The notes under the pieces: model-generated
Told to the model about the DNA's origin: nothing
Databases searched by the model: none
The model's input: only the letters and a program-made list of their open reading frames with translations
Program-made: the position numbers and the translations under genes
Origin: Terriglobia bacterium
GTDB taxonomy: Bacteria > Acidobacteriota > Terriglobia > JAJPHL01 > JAPKYU01
DNA: 64,000 nt
Assembly (NCBI GenBank): GCA_965223005.1
Contig: CBDCVK010000010.1
Coordinates: forward strand, 448,001-512,000
Direction: 5' to 3'
In this document: positions 1 to 10,761 of the stretch, one piece after another
How positions within the stretch are numbered: position 1 is the first letter of the stretch
Layout of the letters: the number at the start of each line of letters is the position of its first letter

Positions 1-358
1 GCTGCTTCGCGCGGTGCTGCGTGCGGTGCAGGCCAAGAATCCCGCCACGCAGATCCGGTTCGTGGATACCGTTTGCCGTCCCACCCGTGAGCGGCAGCAG
101 GCGCTCGAGCGCCTGTTGCCGGCTGTGGACGCCCTGGTGGTGGTGGGCGGCAAGAATTCGCGCAATACTCGGGAGTTAGCCGAAACGGCGCGCGCCCGGG
201 GCGTCCGAACCCTACAGGTCCAGAGTGCGGCCGAGCTGCGCCCGGCCTGGTTCCAGGAGTACCACACGGTCGGACTGACGGCCGGGACCTCGACGCTCGA
301 CGAAACCATCGAGGAAGTGCATCGCCGACTGTTGGCCCTGGCGGTCGAGGCCTACTAG
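1..358 (+). CDS. ispH: 4-hydroxy-3-methylbut-2-enyl diphosphate reductase (IspH/LytB), 5'-truncated by window edge
   Basis: Motifs DTVCxPTxERQ, VVVGGKNSRNT and VGLTAGTSTxD match the LytB C-terminal half. Confidence 0.9.
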   Translation, partial: LLRAVLRAVQAKNPATQIRFVDTVCRPTRERQQALERLLPAVDALVVVGGKNSRNTRELAETARARGVRTLQVQSAAELRPAWFQEYHTVGLTAGTSTLDETIEEVHRRLLALAVEAY

Positions 359-467
359 GAGCCATCCGCGTCCTCTTCCCGGAACTGCAACGACCCGTCC
401 TCCGCTTCGCTGGCAGCCTCCTTCTGTCGCCTAGCAGCCCTGGGCAGTTGGGTTCACTGCTCGGCCG

Positions 468-530
468 AAACAGCAGATCCATCCCTCCACTCAGGCGCTG
501 AGCTCGGGATGACAGAGGAAGTGGATCGGT
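468..530. repeat. REP-like palindromic element between convergent genes
   Basis: Nested inverted repeats gatccat/gtggatc, atccc/gggat and ctcag-gcg-ctgag within AGCAGATCC...CGGGATGACA, resembling acidobacterial REP-type palindromes. Confidence 0.5.
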
Positions 531-535
531 TGGTT

Positions 536-1195
536 CTACTTCTGCTCGCGGAGGACTTCGACCTTGGCCGCAGGCACCGTCAGCTTCATCAAACGCCCGC
601 CCTCGTCCGCCCAGATCTGGATTTCAACCTGGCCGGTTTTCACCACAAGCTTGCGGAGCGACTGGTCATTTCCCTCATGCTGGACTCTGACCATGCCCGG
701 GGCCGTTTCCTGCCGCACCAGCACGTCCATATGCTGGGTGCCACCCTTGATGAAATCGTACTGGCGGACTAGGAAGGTATAGTGGTGGAAGAAATTCGTG
801 TCCAGGATCACCACGTTCTTAGGCAGGAAATAATCCATGCGCTGCGAGCCGCCTTCGGTCGTCCTGTATTGGGCGGTGGTCTTCTCCGGACCGAAGGCGA
901 GGACGGCGGAGCCGCGCTTGGGCGATTTCTGGACACGCTTGTAGCTGATCGGCTCGATGCCGTTGCGCAGCACCAGAGTCGCGGTCTCCTTCATGCGCCC
1001 GACTCCTTCCGAGCTAATCTGCAGCTCGGCGGTTGCCCGTACGCCTTTGGCCGTGGAGGCGATCTCGAAGCGTTCGACGCCGATCTCCTTCCCGTCAGAA
1101 TAGATGCGGAACACCCCGCGGTCGCTCAGGGCTTGCTTCCCGAACAGCGGCCCCACCAGGCACAGCAGCAGGATCAATAGGAACTGTCGAGGCAT
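536..1195 (-). CDS. Secreted hypothetical protein (beta-rich, DUF6134/DUF3108-like)
   Basis: Likely start MPRQFLLILLLCLVG (signal peptide) at 1195; the longer ORF overlaps aroK; GVFRIYSDGKEIGVERFEI and VEIQIWADEGGRLMKL patterns. Confidence 0.6.
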   Translation of the reverse strand: MPRQFLLILLLCLVGPLFGKQALSDRGVFRIYSDGKEIGVERFEIASTAKGVRATAELQISSEGVGRMKETATLVLRNGIEPISYKRVQKSPKRGSAVLAFGPEKTTAQYRTTEGGSQRMDYFLPKNVVILDTNFFHHYTFLVRQYDFIKGGTQHMDVLVRQETAPGMVRVQHEGNDQSLRKLVVKTGQVEIQIWADEGGRLMKLTVPAAKVEVLREQK

Positions 1196-1242
1196 AAGAA
1201 ATCCATAACCTGCATTGCAGCCACGCCCCTGGAAAGTGAACC

Positions 1243-1773
1243 TCATGCTCGTCTCCGTGCCGGCTGTGTTGCCAGGCCGTCCAGAATTTCTTTTACCACA
1301 CTTTCCGTAGCGCCCGTAGCCTCCACACGCAGGCGGGCCCGTGCATAGAATGGAATGCGCTCGCGATAGAGCGCCCGGAAGCGCTCCGGATCGCGGGCCA
1401 GAGGGCGATCGGTCCGGTGGCGTCGGCAACGTTCCAGCAGGAGTTCCGGCGGCCCGTCCAGCCAGACGGTGCACCCGCCCGACTCTTCCACCAGTTCCAC
1501 GTTTCGCGGCTGGGCAAACGCCCCGCCGCCAAGGGCCACCACTGCCGACGCTTCTGCTACCTCCGAGAGCAGCCGCTCTAGTTGTTGATGTTCCAACTCG
1601 CGAAAGGCGGCTTCCCCCTGCCGGTCAAAGATTTCGGGAATCGAGCAACCGGTAGCCGCTTCAATGCGGTCATCCAGATCCAGAAAGGGGCAATCCAGGC
1701 GCCGGGCCAGCGCCTGGCCCACCACGCTCTTGCCACTTCCCATGAAGCCGATTAGAAAAACCACTGAGTCCAA
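1243..1773 (-). CDS. aroK: Shikimate kinase
   Basis: FLIGFMGSGKS P-loop, DLD, GEAAFRELE, VVALGGG, RPL motifs; start uncertain (TTG 1773 or GTG 1764). Confidence 0.92.
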   Translation of the reverse strand: MDSVVFLIGFMGSGKSVVGQALARRLDCPFLDLDDRIEAATGCSIPEIFDRQGEAAFRELEHQQLERLLSEVAEASAVVALGGGAFAQPRNVELVEESGGCTVWLDGPPELLLERCRRHRTDRPLARDPERFRALYRERIPFYARARLRVEATGATESVVKEILDGLATQPARRRA

Positions 1774-1836
1774 GACCCAAAGTCTAAGGTCCAACGTCCA
1801 ACGCCACGTTCTTCGGCACAAGCCCTGGACCTTGGA

Positions 1837-4194
1837 CTATTTCAGGACCGCCTTCCCCATGCCCGCATTGTTTCCAAGATCATAGGCCCGTAGCACCACC
1901 AGGTGTTCCCCGGGGTTGAGGTTCTCTACCCGGAGAACAAAATCTTCCAGGCGCGAGTCCACAATCCCGTCCTGGGAATAGACCGGCAGCCAGGGGCCGG
2001 CGTCCACTGAGTATTCCGCACGTTGCAAGACCGAGGCGGCGTCCGTCACCCGGAATTGCACCTCCGCTGCACTCCCTTTCCGTTGCTTCGTCAGGAGCCG
2101 GACCTGAGGCGGCGTGTTGTCAATCAAAAACGGCGCGCTCCGCTCCTCTGCGCTGCGGGCGGTCTGGGGCGGATTGCCCTGAGCATCGGAAGCGACCAGG
2201 CGAACCTGGTACTTGCCGTCCGGCAGGCTTTCCGGCTCCGGCTGGAAGCGGAACCTGTACAGGTTCTTTTTCAGCAGCTTCCATTGGGTTTCGCCCTCGC
2301 CCCGGATGTAGAGGTTGAAGCTCATCCGGTCGCCGTCCGGGTCTTCAGCCTGCCAGGCGATTGTGATGTTGGGTTGGGGGGCCCTACTCTGAGCCGGACC
2401 GGGTTTGGGCGTGGACACCTGAGGTGCTCCGCGTTTCTGCGAAGCGGTGACGGTGTCCCGTACGACCACCACCATGGGCTCGGTGCTCGCACGCGCAGCA
2501 GCGGGCGCGGCGAGCGAAGCAGCCTGGGGCACCGACGCGGGTAGCATGGCCCGAGCCACCTTGACGGAGCGGATGATCGGCGCCCGGTTTTGCGGAAGGT
2601 AGGCTACGGAAACTTCTTCCAGGCTGGGCGAGCGTCCCTCGGCAGAGCGGAGCACCACCTTCCACTGCAGATATCGGGCAGGCGGACTCTTCACCTGTTG
2701 GTCGAACAGGTCCTCCCGGCCACCCACGGCACCAGGGTCGGAGGTCTGCGTCCACTCACTCCAGGTGTGGTCTGGGGTGGAAGAATTACCGCTGCGGGTG
2801 AGGAACTCGACACGCGTGCCGGCCGGCACCCCGGCGCGCCAACTGAGCTTCCCCCAGCGGGAAATCCGGCCGGTGTCTTGCACCGGCGACTCGTAGGAAC
2901 CGTGCTTGTCGGGTGTGGTGCCCAGGCGGAACAGTTTGCCGAAATTGCTGGTGGCAACCAGCACGTCGGAGCCTCGGCGAAGCAGGCGCGTCGTCTGCTC
3001 TTCCTCGGTTTCCACCAGCAGTGTGGTTTGCTTCTCGGCGTTCAATTGGTAAACACGGCCCCGCTCGTCAGTGGAGAACAACAGGCCTTCGGCGGCCGGC
3101 AGGATGCCATAGACGCTCTCTCGCTCGGATCTCCACATCTCCTCCACACTGCCATCGGGGGCGACCCGGTAGATAGCGCTGCGAGTCACGCCGGGGAAAT
3201 GCACCCTCGGAGTGGCGAAGGTCGCAGCGGCGCTGGCCGCCTGCTGGGCCGCCCTCTCCGCCGCCTTGCGAGCCTCCTGCAACTTCTCCTTCTCCACTTG
3301 GCCCTCCGGGCCTGGGGAGGGAACAGCCTTTGCGCTGATGGTGACTGAGACCGCTGCGCTCTGGCCGCCGGAAACCACCGCGCCACCAGTGCTGCCCAGA
3401 CGGCGCTGCCCCCGGGCCATCGCCGCCGCCAGCACGCTGCCGTCCGGCCCGACGACCACGTTGTGGATTTCCTCCAGGGGCGCATCATAGAGCACAAACG
3501 CTTTTCCCGCAGGCGAGATGCGGTAGAGCAGCCCGTTGGGCTCGCTGCCGGCTACCAGCGCCTGTTCCAGCCCCAGCGCCAGCGACATGACGTGGGTCTG
3601 CTGAGTGTCGAAGAAAAGCGACCCGGTGCCGTCGGGCGAGACGCGGTAAATGCGGCCGCGGTCGCCGGTGCCGACGTAAAGCGTGCCTTCGGGGGTCACC
3701 ACCAACGCCCAGATGTACTTGGCCTGCGGGTTGAAGAACTCCTGCGCCTTGCCATCCGGCGAGACCTTGTAGACCTTGCCGTCCGGAGACGTACCGACGT
3801 AAAGGTTGTTGTCGCGGTCCACCGCCAGCGCAAACACGTCTGGCTCAGGTGCGTCAAAGAACTCCTGAGCCTTCATCTCCACATCCAGCTTGAACACTTT
3901 TCCCGCGTGGCCGGTGCCCAGGTAAAGGTTGCTGGCGCGGTCTTCGACCACGGCCCAAACCAACGCCTGGCCAGTAGAGAAAACTTCTTCCAGCCGGGGC
4001 GCCAGCGACAACTTACCGTCGCGGCTGAGGGAAACTCCGGTGAAGGTGCCGCGAGCAAACCTGGCGTAGGTCTCCATCTGCCAGAAAGTCGTGCCTGCCG
4101 GAAAAGCCGGCCAGGCAAGTGCCGTCGTCAGCAAGATGGCCACCAGGCAGCGGCGCGTCTGGACTGTCATTGGGGTGGTTGCAAACGCAGGCAT
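1837..4194 (-). CDS. Large secreted beta-propeller protein with C-terminal Ig/FN3-like domains
   Basis: Signal peptide; repeated ALAVDxxxNLYVGTxxxGKVYKV blades; C-terminal NRAP.. and IDNTPP Ig-like junctions. Confidence 0.7.
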   Translation of the reverse strand: MPAFATTPMTVQTRRCLVAILLTTALAWPAFPAGTTFWQMETYARFARGTFTGVSLSRDGKLSLAPRLEEVFSTGQALVWAVVEDRASNLYLGTGHAGKVFKLDVEMKAQEFFDAPEPDVFALAVDRDNNLYVGTSPDGKVYKVSPDGKAQEFFNPQAKYIWALVVTPEGTLYVGTGDRGRIYRVSPDGTGSLFFDTQQTHVMSLALGLEQALVAGSEPNGLLYRISPAGKAFVLYDAPLEEIHNVVVGPDGSVLAAAMARGQRRLGSTGGAVVSGGQSAAVSVTISAKAVPSPGPEGQVEKEKLQEARKAAERAAQQAASAAATFATPRVHFPGVTRSAIYRVAPDGSVEEMWRSERESVYGILPAAEGLLFSTDERGRVYQLNAEKQTTLLVETEEEQTTRLLRRGSDVLVATSNFGKLFRLGTTPDKHGSYESPVQDTGRISRWGKLSWRAGVPAGTRVEFLTRSGNSSTPDHTWSEWTQTSDPGAVGGREDLFDQQVKSPPARYLQWKVVLRSAEGRSPSLEEVSVAYLPQNRAPIIRSVKVARAMLPASVPQAASLAAPAAARASTEPMVVVVRDTVTASQKRGAPQVSTPKPGPAQSRAPQPNITIAWQAEDPDGDRMSFNLYIRGEGETQWKLLKKNLYRFRFQPEPESLPDGKYQVRLVASDAQGNPPQTARSAEERSAPFLIDNTPPQVRLLTKQRKGSAAEVQFRVTDAASVLQRAEYSVDAGPWLPVYSQDGIVDSRLEDFVLRVENLNPGEHLVVLRAYDLGNNAGMGKAVLK

Positions 4195-4340
4195 GACCGA
4201 AGCATGAATCTCAGGTTGGAGCCGAACTTGAGTGGCACCTAGGAAACAGCTTACGGTGGATTGGCTTGCTTGTCAAAAGCGGCGCGGATGAAAGCTGGAG
4301 AGCTTGCGCCCGTTGGTGACGCATCCGGCACGAGTAATAC

Positions 4341-5789
4341 TCACAACCCCAGGTCCTTCCACAGAGCGTCCACGCGGGCCTTCACTTCAGGACTCATCTT
4401 CATCTCATCGGGCCAGGGCCGGGTAAAACCTTCTGTGGGCCACTTGCGCGTGGCATCCACGCCCATCTTGGAGCCGTAGTTGGGCAGCCGGCTGGCGTGA
4501 TCCAGAGAATCAATGGGGCCGAAAGTGAACTGGATGTCGCGCTCCGGGTCAATGTGGTTCAGCGCCTTCCAGACCACTTCACGAGGATTCTGCACGTCCA
4601 CATCATGGTCCACCACCACGATGCACTTGGTGAACATGGCCTGCCCCAAGCCCCAGATGGCGCTCATGACCTTGCGCGCGTGGCCCGGATAGGACTTGCG
4701 CATGGCCACCAGCATCAGGTTGTGGAAGATGCCCTCGGCGGGCATGGACATGTCCACGATCTCGGGCAGTTGCAGCCGCATCAGCGGTAGGAAGATGCGC
4801 TCGATGGCGTGCCCCATCCAGAAATCTTCCATGGGAGGCGGGCCAACAATGGTGGTGGGGTAAATGGGTTCTTTGCGGTGGGTGATGCAGGTGATGTGGA
4901 ACACCGGGTATTGGTCGGCAAGCGAGTAGAAGCCGGTGTGATCACCGAAAGGCCCTTCGGTGCGCAGCTCATCCAGGCGCACGTAGCCTTCCAGCACGAT
5001 TTCGCTGTTGGCCGGCACCTCCAGGTCGACCGTTTCGCAGCGCACCAGCTCCACCGGCTTCTGGCGCAGGAAGCCGGCGAAGAGCAATTCGTCCAGATCC
5101 GGCGGCAGCGGCAGCACGCCGGAGAGCATCACCGCCGGGTCGCTGCCGATGGTTGCCGCCACTTCCATTGTTGAGCCGGCCCGGGCGGCTTGCGCCCGCC
5201 GGAAATGCTCCGCGCCGTGCTTGTGCAGTTGCCAGTGCATGGCGGTGGTGCGCTCGTCAAACACCTGCATGCGGTAGCAGCCGGCGTTGCGCTTGCCCGT
5301 TTCCGGGTTGCGGGAGAACACCACGGGGAAGGTAATGAAGCGGCCGGCATCTTGCGGCCAGCATTGGATGACGGGAAAATCCAGCACCGAGAAGTTGTCG
5401 CGTTCCACCACCTCCTTGCAGGGCCCGCTACGCACCGTACGGGGGAAGAAGGCGCCGATCTCCGCCAGCTTCGGCAGCATCTTGATCTTTTCCAGCAGGC
5501 CCGCTGGTGACTTGAAGTCCAGGTACTGGCGGATGCGGTCGGCCACCTGCTCCAGCGAGTCCACCTCCAGCGCCAGGTTCATGCGCCGGGCCGAGCCGAA
5601 GGTGTTGATCAGCACCGGGATCTGGTAGCCCTTGGGGTTTTCAAACAGCAGGGCCGGCCCGCCTTGCTTGCTGACGCGGTCGGTGATTTCGGCGATCTCC
5701 AGCACCGGGTCCACCTCCACCTCGATGCGCTTCAGCTCCCCGGCCTGTTCGAGCGCGCGGATGAACGCGCGTAAATTCTCGTATGCCAT
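4341..5789 (-). CDS. UbiD-family decarboxylase (menaquinone-pathway type)
   Basis: EGPFGDHTGFY, GPPPMEDF, CIVVVDHDVD, GSKMGVDAT UbiD motifs. Confidence 0.9.
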   Translation of the reverse strand: MAYENLRAFIRALEQAGELKRIEVEVDPVLEIAEITDRVSKQGGPALLFENPKGYQIPVLINTFGSARRMNLALEVDSLEQVADRIRQYLDFKSPAGLLEKIKMLPKLAEIGAFFPRTVRSGPCKEVVERDNFSVLDFPVIQCWPQDAGRFITFPVVFSRNPETGKRNAGCYRMQVFDERTTAMHWQLHKHGAEHFRRAQAARAGSTMEVAATIGSDPAVMLSGVLPLPPDLDELLFAGFLRQKPVELVRCETVDLEVPANSEIVLEGYVRLDELRTEGPFGDHTGFYSLADQYPVFHITCITHRKEPIYPTTIVGPPPMEDFWMGHAIERIFLPLMRLQLPEIVDMSMPAEGIFHNLMLVAMRKSYPGHARKVMSAIWGLGQAMFTKCIVVVDHDVDVQNPREVVWKALNHIDPERDIQFTFGPIDSLDHASRLPNYGSKMGVDATRKWPTEGFTRPWPDEMKMSPEVKARVDALWKDLGL

Positions 5790-5946
5790 ATCTTACTCAC
5801 GTGGAATGTAGGGCCCCATTATAGACGAGAGCGGCGGCTTGTCGTCTATCTGGCTAGGACCCTTTGCGCTAGCCCAAAGGCCTTCAGAAACATCGTAGGG
5901 GGCTTCATCCGTTCTGCAGTAATCTGTCAGTTTCATAGCCACCACG

Positions 5947-8532
5947 GTGTCGGAACTGCAGACGCGAACAGCGATGCAAGGCATGCAGCACCATCCGGAA
6001 AAGATGAGTCGAAGACATTGGGCAGCGTTTGGCGCGCTCATGTTGACGGTTGCGTGTTTCTTTTGGCGCCACCTTTTTACGACTGACGTTCTATTCTACC
6101 GGGACATCTCTTACGCTCACTACCCGCGGGTCGCGGAGCTGCGTGCAATTGTGCACTCCGGGCTGCCACCTCTGTGGAACCCCTTCGAACACTTCGGGGA
6201 ATCTGTCATTGCCAACCCGAACTACCTGTTGTTCTACCCGACCACCTGGTTGGCCTGGGTGCTGCCACCAGCCTACGGTTTCAAGCTCCACTACGTGCTG
6301 CACTTCTTCTTGCTGGCGGCGGGCGCCTTCCTGCTGGCGCGGCGAATCGGGCTGAGGCCCGCCGCCTGCTACGCGGCCGGGGCGGTGTTCGTCTTCAGCG
6401 GTCCGGTCATGTCGCTGGGCAATTTCTACAACATGTTGGCGGCGGCGGCCTGGATGCCCTTGGCTATCCTGGCCGCCGACTACCAGATGCGGCGCGGCGG
6501 CTGGCTCGGAGCCGGGCTGTTTTCCGGCGCCCTCACGATGCAGTTGTTTGCCGGGGAGCCGCTGACCAGCATGGCCACAGTGGCGTTGGCGCTGGGGTGG
6601 GTGATGGGGTTCTATGCCGATTGGCGTGGCCCGATCCAGTCCATGGTCAATCGGGTCCTGGCCGGCCGCTTCCTGCTGGTCCTGCTGCTAACGGTCGGAC
6701 TTGCGGCTGTGCAACTGCTTCCCGCGTTGTGGCATCTGGGTAAAACGGACCGCCCGTCCCTTAGCTTCGAAGCCGGCTTCTTCTGGTCTCTGCACCCACT
6801 GAAGCTGCTGGACGTACTATTGCCGCGCTTTTGGGGAGACGCGCTTTCCCACTGGCATCTGCCCTGGCTCTACCTGGATGGCCGCGAGCCGCTGCTGTTA
6901 TCGCTGTTCATCGGAATTCTCCCAATTGGGCTCGCGCTGGTGGCCGTGCTGGTGGGCCGGGACCATTCTACGCGCCTGTGGCCGACGCGCTTCTGGGGGC
7001 TCACCGGTGCGGTGGCGCTGCTGATCGCGCTCGGGAGCTTCACGCCCTTTTCATACGTGCTCTATTACGTGCTGCCAGTCTTCCAGATCGTTCGGTTTCC
7101 GGTCAAGTTGCTGGTGCCGGTGGCGTTGGCCGTATCCCAACTGGCGGCGATCGGCATCGAGTACCTGGCGGTCGAAAAGCCGGGGGAACGGCAGGCTCGC
7201 CGCTTGCTGTGGCTGGGCGGCGGCGTGGTGGCTCTGGGGGTCGTCTGGCTGCTGCTGGCTGTTTATGCGCGGTTCCTGCCAGACGACGCCGTGCAGGCAG
7301 CCCGAAGGCTGGCCGAAATCCAGTTTCACCACACCCGCGTGCTCAACCTCCGGCCAGTGCTGGAGATGAATCATGCAGAAACCGTCGAACGCGCTGCGTT
7401 GTGGCTCACGTCGGTGATTGCGCAGCAATTGCCTCATGTATTGCTTCCAGTGCTGCTGATCGCTGCCTTGATCTTCTGCCGCTGGCCAGCATCTTCAGGT
7501 GTGAATCCCTGGCTGATAGCGGGCCGGTTTCGTTCGCTTCTGGTATGGCTCGCCGTCGCGGTCGGGGTCTTACTGTTAATGCTGAACCACCGGACGGTAA
7601 ATCCCGTCGCTCCTCGGCACTTTCTTGACTACCAACCACCCGTTCTGGAAAAGCTGAAGAGTCAAAGCCCGCCGCTGCGCGTCTTTGCGGAACCGCAGCC
7701 GGTTGTGCCGAATCTTCCTTCCCGGTTCCTTCTGCGGAATCCTTTGGATTTTCTGCCTGCCGCCGCCCAGTTGCCCTATACGCTCCGCCAGAGTCTGCAG
7801 ATCAGCGCGGGAACTCTGGGCGTAGAAAATAGCTACACCGCAGATGCGGAGATGCTCCTGCCGAAACCACACGCCCTCCTGAACAATCTGATCTATCTGA
7901 CCCCCCCGCCCAACATGCCGCTGGCGCGGCTGCTGGCCGCGGGTAGCGTCGAGTACGCCCTGTTACGCCACTGGGAGCCCAAGCCTGACGCCCGCTTCGC
8001 CCTGGTGGGAACGTTTCCGAATGAGACCCGCTTTCCCGTCAATGCCTATCGCGTGATGGACGCGCTGCCGCGCGCCTACCTGATTGCGGCTCACAAAGCC
8101 GAGCTGCTGCCAGCGGACGTGTCAGGCCTGGTCCGCCTGGCCTCGGATGAATTTGATCTCAGTACCCAGGTGATCCTGGAAAGCGACGCAGGAAACGCGC
8201 ACAAGTCACCGGGGCCAGCAGCCGGGGAGAAAGGACCTGCCGGCGAAGCCCGCATCTTGCATCGCGACGCGTTGCATGTCGAAGTCCAGGCGGTAGCGTT
8301 CGAGCCCGCCTACCTGGTGCTCACCGACAGCTACAATGAAGAGTGGCAGGTGAGTGTGGACGGCCGACCTGGCCGGATGCTGCGCGCGAATCTGATCTTT
8401 CGTGCCGTGCCGCTAACGCCCGGATCTCACCGGGTGATCTTCCGCTATCGGCCCCGATCACTGTATTGGGGAGTTGCAATCACGCTGGCCACGGCCGCGG
8501 CAATCGGGCTGCTCATCTGGCGGCGGAGGTAG
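5947..8532 (+). CDS. YfhO-like polytopic membrane protein (putative GT-C glycosyltransferase)
   Basis: RD..Y.HYP, PLWNP...G, many TM segments, RFPVK, C-terminal LVLTDSY..W.V.VDG..RAN..FRAV.L.PG.H.V.F.YRP. Confidence 0.78.
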   Translation: MSELQTRTAMQGMQHHPEKMSRRHWAAFGALMLTVACFFWRHLFTTDVLFYRDISYAHYPRVAELRAIVHSGLPPLWNPFEHFGESVIANPNYLLFYPTTWLAWVLPPAYGFKLHYVLHFFLLAAGAFLLARRIGLRPAACYAAGAVFVFSGPVMSLGNFYNMLAAAAWMPLAILAADYQMRRGGWLGAGLFSGALTMQLFAGEPLTSMATVALALGWVMGFYADWRGPIQSMVNRVLAGRFLLVLLLTVGLAAVQLLPALWHLGKTDRPSLSFEAGFFWSLHPLKLLDVLLPRFWGDALSHWHLPWLYLDGREPLLLSLFIGILPIGLALVAVLVGRDHSTRLWPTRFWGLTGAVALLIALGSFTPFSYVLYYVLPVFQIVRFPVKLLVPVALAVSQLAAIGIEYLAVEKPGERQARRLLWLGGGVVALGVVWLLLAVYARFLPDDAVQAARRLAEIQFHHTRVLNLRPVLEMNHAETVERAALWLTSVIAQQLPHVLLPVLLIAALIFCRWPASSGVNPWLIAGRFRSLLVWLAVAVGVLLLMLNHRTVNPVAPRHFLDYQPPVLEKLKSQSPPLRVFAEPQPVVPNLPSRFLLRNPLDFLPAAAQLPYTLRQSLQISAGTLGVENSYTADAEMLLPKPHALLNNLIYLTPPPNMPLARLLAAGSVEYALLRHWEPKPDARFALVGTFPNETRFPVNAYRVMDALPRAYLIAAHKAELLPADVSGLVRLASDEFDLSTQVILESDAGNAHKSPGPAAGEKGPAGEARILHRDALHVEVQAVAFEPAYLVLTDSYNEEWQVSVDGRPGRMLRANLIFRAVPLTPGSHRVIFRYRPRSLYWGVAITLATAAAIGLLIWRRR

Positions 8533-8561
8533 AAAACTTCACTAGGAAATTTCGCTATTCT

Positions 8562-9627
8562 TTACTCTTCTGGTTCTTCTGGCTCTTGGCGGGGTCGCTT
8601 TCGGCTGGGTGATCTGGGAGAGAACGACTCAGGGTTCGCCGCCAGCTTCTCCAGCAGTTCTTGAGGGATGTCGACAGTAATGCGCAATGTGCCCGCCTCC
8701 TGTTGCACGTCTAAAGTATTCAGAAGTTCGAGCGGTTCGGGGCGGTCGGAGGGAGCGCCCATGCGCATCGTCGCCAGGAAGCCACGCGCAAGGTCGTTCA
8801 GGGTGCCGGCATCCTGCTCGTTGCCGAAGGTGCCCTCGAGGAACAGTCGCAGCCCGGAGGTGACCTTGAGGGCGAAGGTGGTGGCTTCGATTCGCTGCAG
8901 CAGCTGAAACACATTGGCCTGCCCGGGCGGGGGATTACCAGCTGTCTTCAGCAAATCCCCAGTAGCGAGGGCGACGGCCCAAAGCTGGTTCTCAGACCCC
9001 AACTCTTGCAACTGCTCAACCAATTCACCATTGTTCAGCACGCTGGGGCCGGGTTCCAGCTTCAGGTCCAGCGCCTGCTTCACCGCCGATGTTGTGCCCA
9101 GCAGGATCGTCTGGTCGTCCAGCAGCACTGTCGTCACTGACTCGCTCTTAGAAAGCTCAGGGTCTTCCTTCTCCACCATCCAGATTTCGAAGCCTCGGTA
9201 GAGCTCCGGCGCATCAGACTTTTGCCGCAGGACCGCAGAAATTTTCGAGCGCTCGTACCGCGCCGTCACAACCACTAGACCCCTTACCGAGTCGGGCATC
9301 TCCCCCCCCGGGGAGGCTCCAGAACGCGCCCGTCACCCCTTTGAAGTCGCGCAACACATCCAAGCCAGTGTCAGCCTTAAAACTGCGGTACCCGGGGTCG
9401 TTCATTGCCTCCTCGGCGCGCGACCGCACAGTAGCAAAGGCAGCCGAGGAGAGCAGCCCGTCCAGGTCCAGGCCAAACAGGACGGTCGCCTCCGCCGGCA
9501 GGAGCCCCAGGTTGTTGTTCAGTTGGAAGGGATCTGCTGAGGCGGGCTGCTGGCTGCCGCGCCCCATCAGGAGACCTGTCACCGCTAGCAAAACAACGAG
9601 GATTGCGACAAAGGATTTGCGACGCAT
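8562..9627 (-). pseudogene. Secreted protein split by a +1 frameshift in a G8 tract (or sequencing error)
   Basis: ORF 9214..9627 (signal peptide MRRKSFVAILVVLLAV) joins ORF 8562..9299 if one G is removed from the C8 run at 9302-9309, giving ...WSLPGGEMPDSVRG. Confidence 0.7.
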
Positions 9628-9810
9628 GGAAACCTCACCTTCCCTCAAGTTTCGCCAGCCGCGCAAGCGCGGCTGGGTTGTGTTCCGTACCGTCTGCTAA
9701 TGATTCCCGAGATTCCGGCTCCTTATTCAGGTTCCTCTTTCTTTGGACTGAAATCCGCAATGCTGGTGTCTGGGCTGGCAAACGGGCCACAGGGGGTGCC
9801 CCCTCGGGGT

Positions 9811-10761
9811 TCAGCGCAATGCGGGGGTTGGCTGCTTGACGTTGATCGGCCAGAGCCAGCCGTGACGGTCAGGTTTCCGTCCCTCGATAATGGCGAAAAA
9901 TTCTTCCTGTAGCGCGCGAGTGATCGGGCCGCGATTCCCGCTGCCGATCGAAATCTTGTCCACCGAGCGCACTGGGGTAATTTCGACGGCGGTGCCGCTG
10001 AAAATGACCTCGTCGGCAATGTAGAGAGCCTCGCGCGGAATGACCTGCTCGACTACGGGAATGCCCAAGTCCCGCGCCAGCCGCAGCACGGTGTCCCGGG
10101 TGATACCGGGCAGAATTGCCGATGCCAGCGGAGGCGTGTGCATCGTCCCGTCTTTTACCACGAAGACGTTCTCCCCGCTCCCTTCGCTGATGAATCCGTT
10201 CACGTCCAGCGCGATGCCTTCGGCGTAGCCGTTGGCCATCGCCTCCATCCGGACCAACTGCGAGTTCATGTAGTTGGCGGCAGCTTTGGACATGGCAGGC
10301 AGGGTGTTGGGCGCCATCCGGGCCCAGGAGCTGATGCAAACGTCGGTGCCTTGCTCCAGCGCTTCTTTGCCCAGGTACTTGCCCCATTCCCAGCAGGCCA
10401 GAAACACCTCGACCGGGCAGTTGCCGGGGTACACTCCCATGTCGCCGTACCCGCGCAGCACGATGGGCCGCACGTAGCAGGCCTCCAGGCGGTTGACCCG
10501 CACCAGCTCCCGCATCGCTTCCGTCAGCTGCTCCCGTGAATGGCCGATTTGCATGCGGTAGATCTTGGCAGAGTTGAACAACCGCTCGACGTGCTCCTTC
10601 AAGCGGAAGATCGCCGGCCCGTTGGACGTGGCGTAGCACCGCATCCCCTCGAAGACCGCAGATCCGTAGTTCACCACATGGGACAGCACGTGGATCCGTG
10701 CCTCGTCCCAGGGGATGAACCGCCCGTCATGCCAGATCTTCTCGCTTTTCTTGACGGCCAT
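9811..10761 (-). CDS. ilvE: Branched-chain amino acid aminotransferase
   Basis: [17 protein letters not shown] lysine, [21 protein letters not shown]. Confidence 0.95.
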   Translation of the reverse strand: MAVKKSEKIWHDGRFIPWDEARIHVLSHVVNYGSAVFEGMRCYATSNGPAIFRLKEHVERLFNSAKIYRMQIGHSREQLTEAMRELVRVNRLEACYVRPIVLRGYGDMGVYPGNCPVEVFLACWEWGKYLGKEALEQGTDVCISSWARMAPNTLPAMSKAAANYMNSQLVRMEAMANGYAEGIALDVNGFISEGSGENVFVVKDGTMHTPPLASAILPGITRDTVLRLARDLGIPVVEQVIPREALYIADEVIFSGTAVEITPVRSVDKISIGSGNRGPITRALQEEFFAIIEGRKPDRHGWLWPINVKQPTPALR

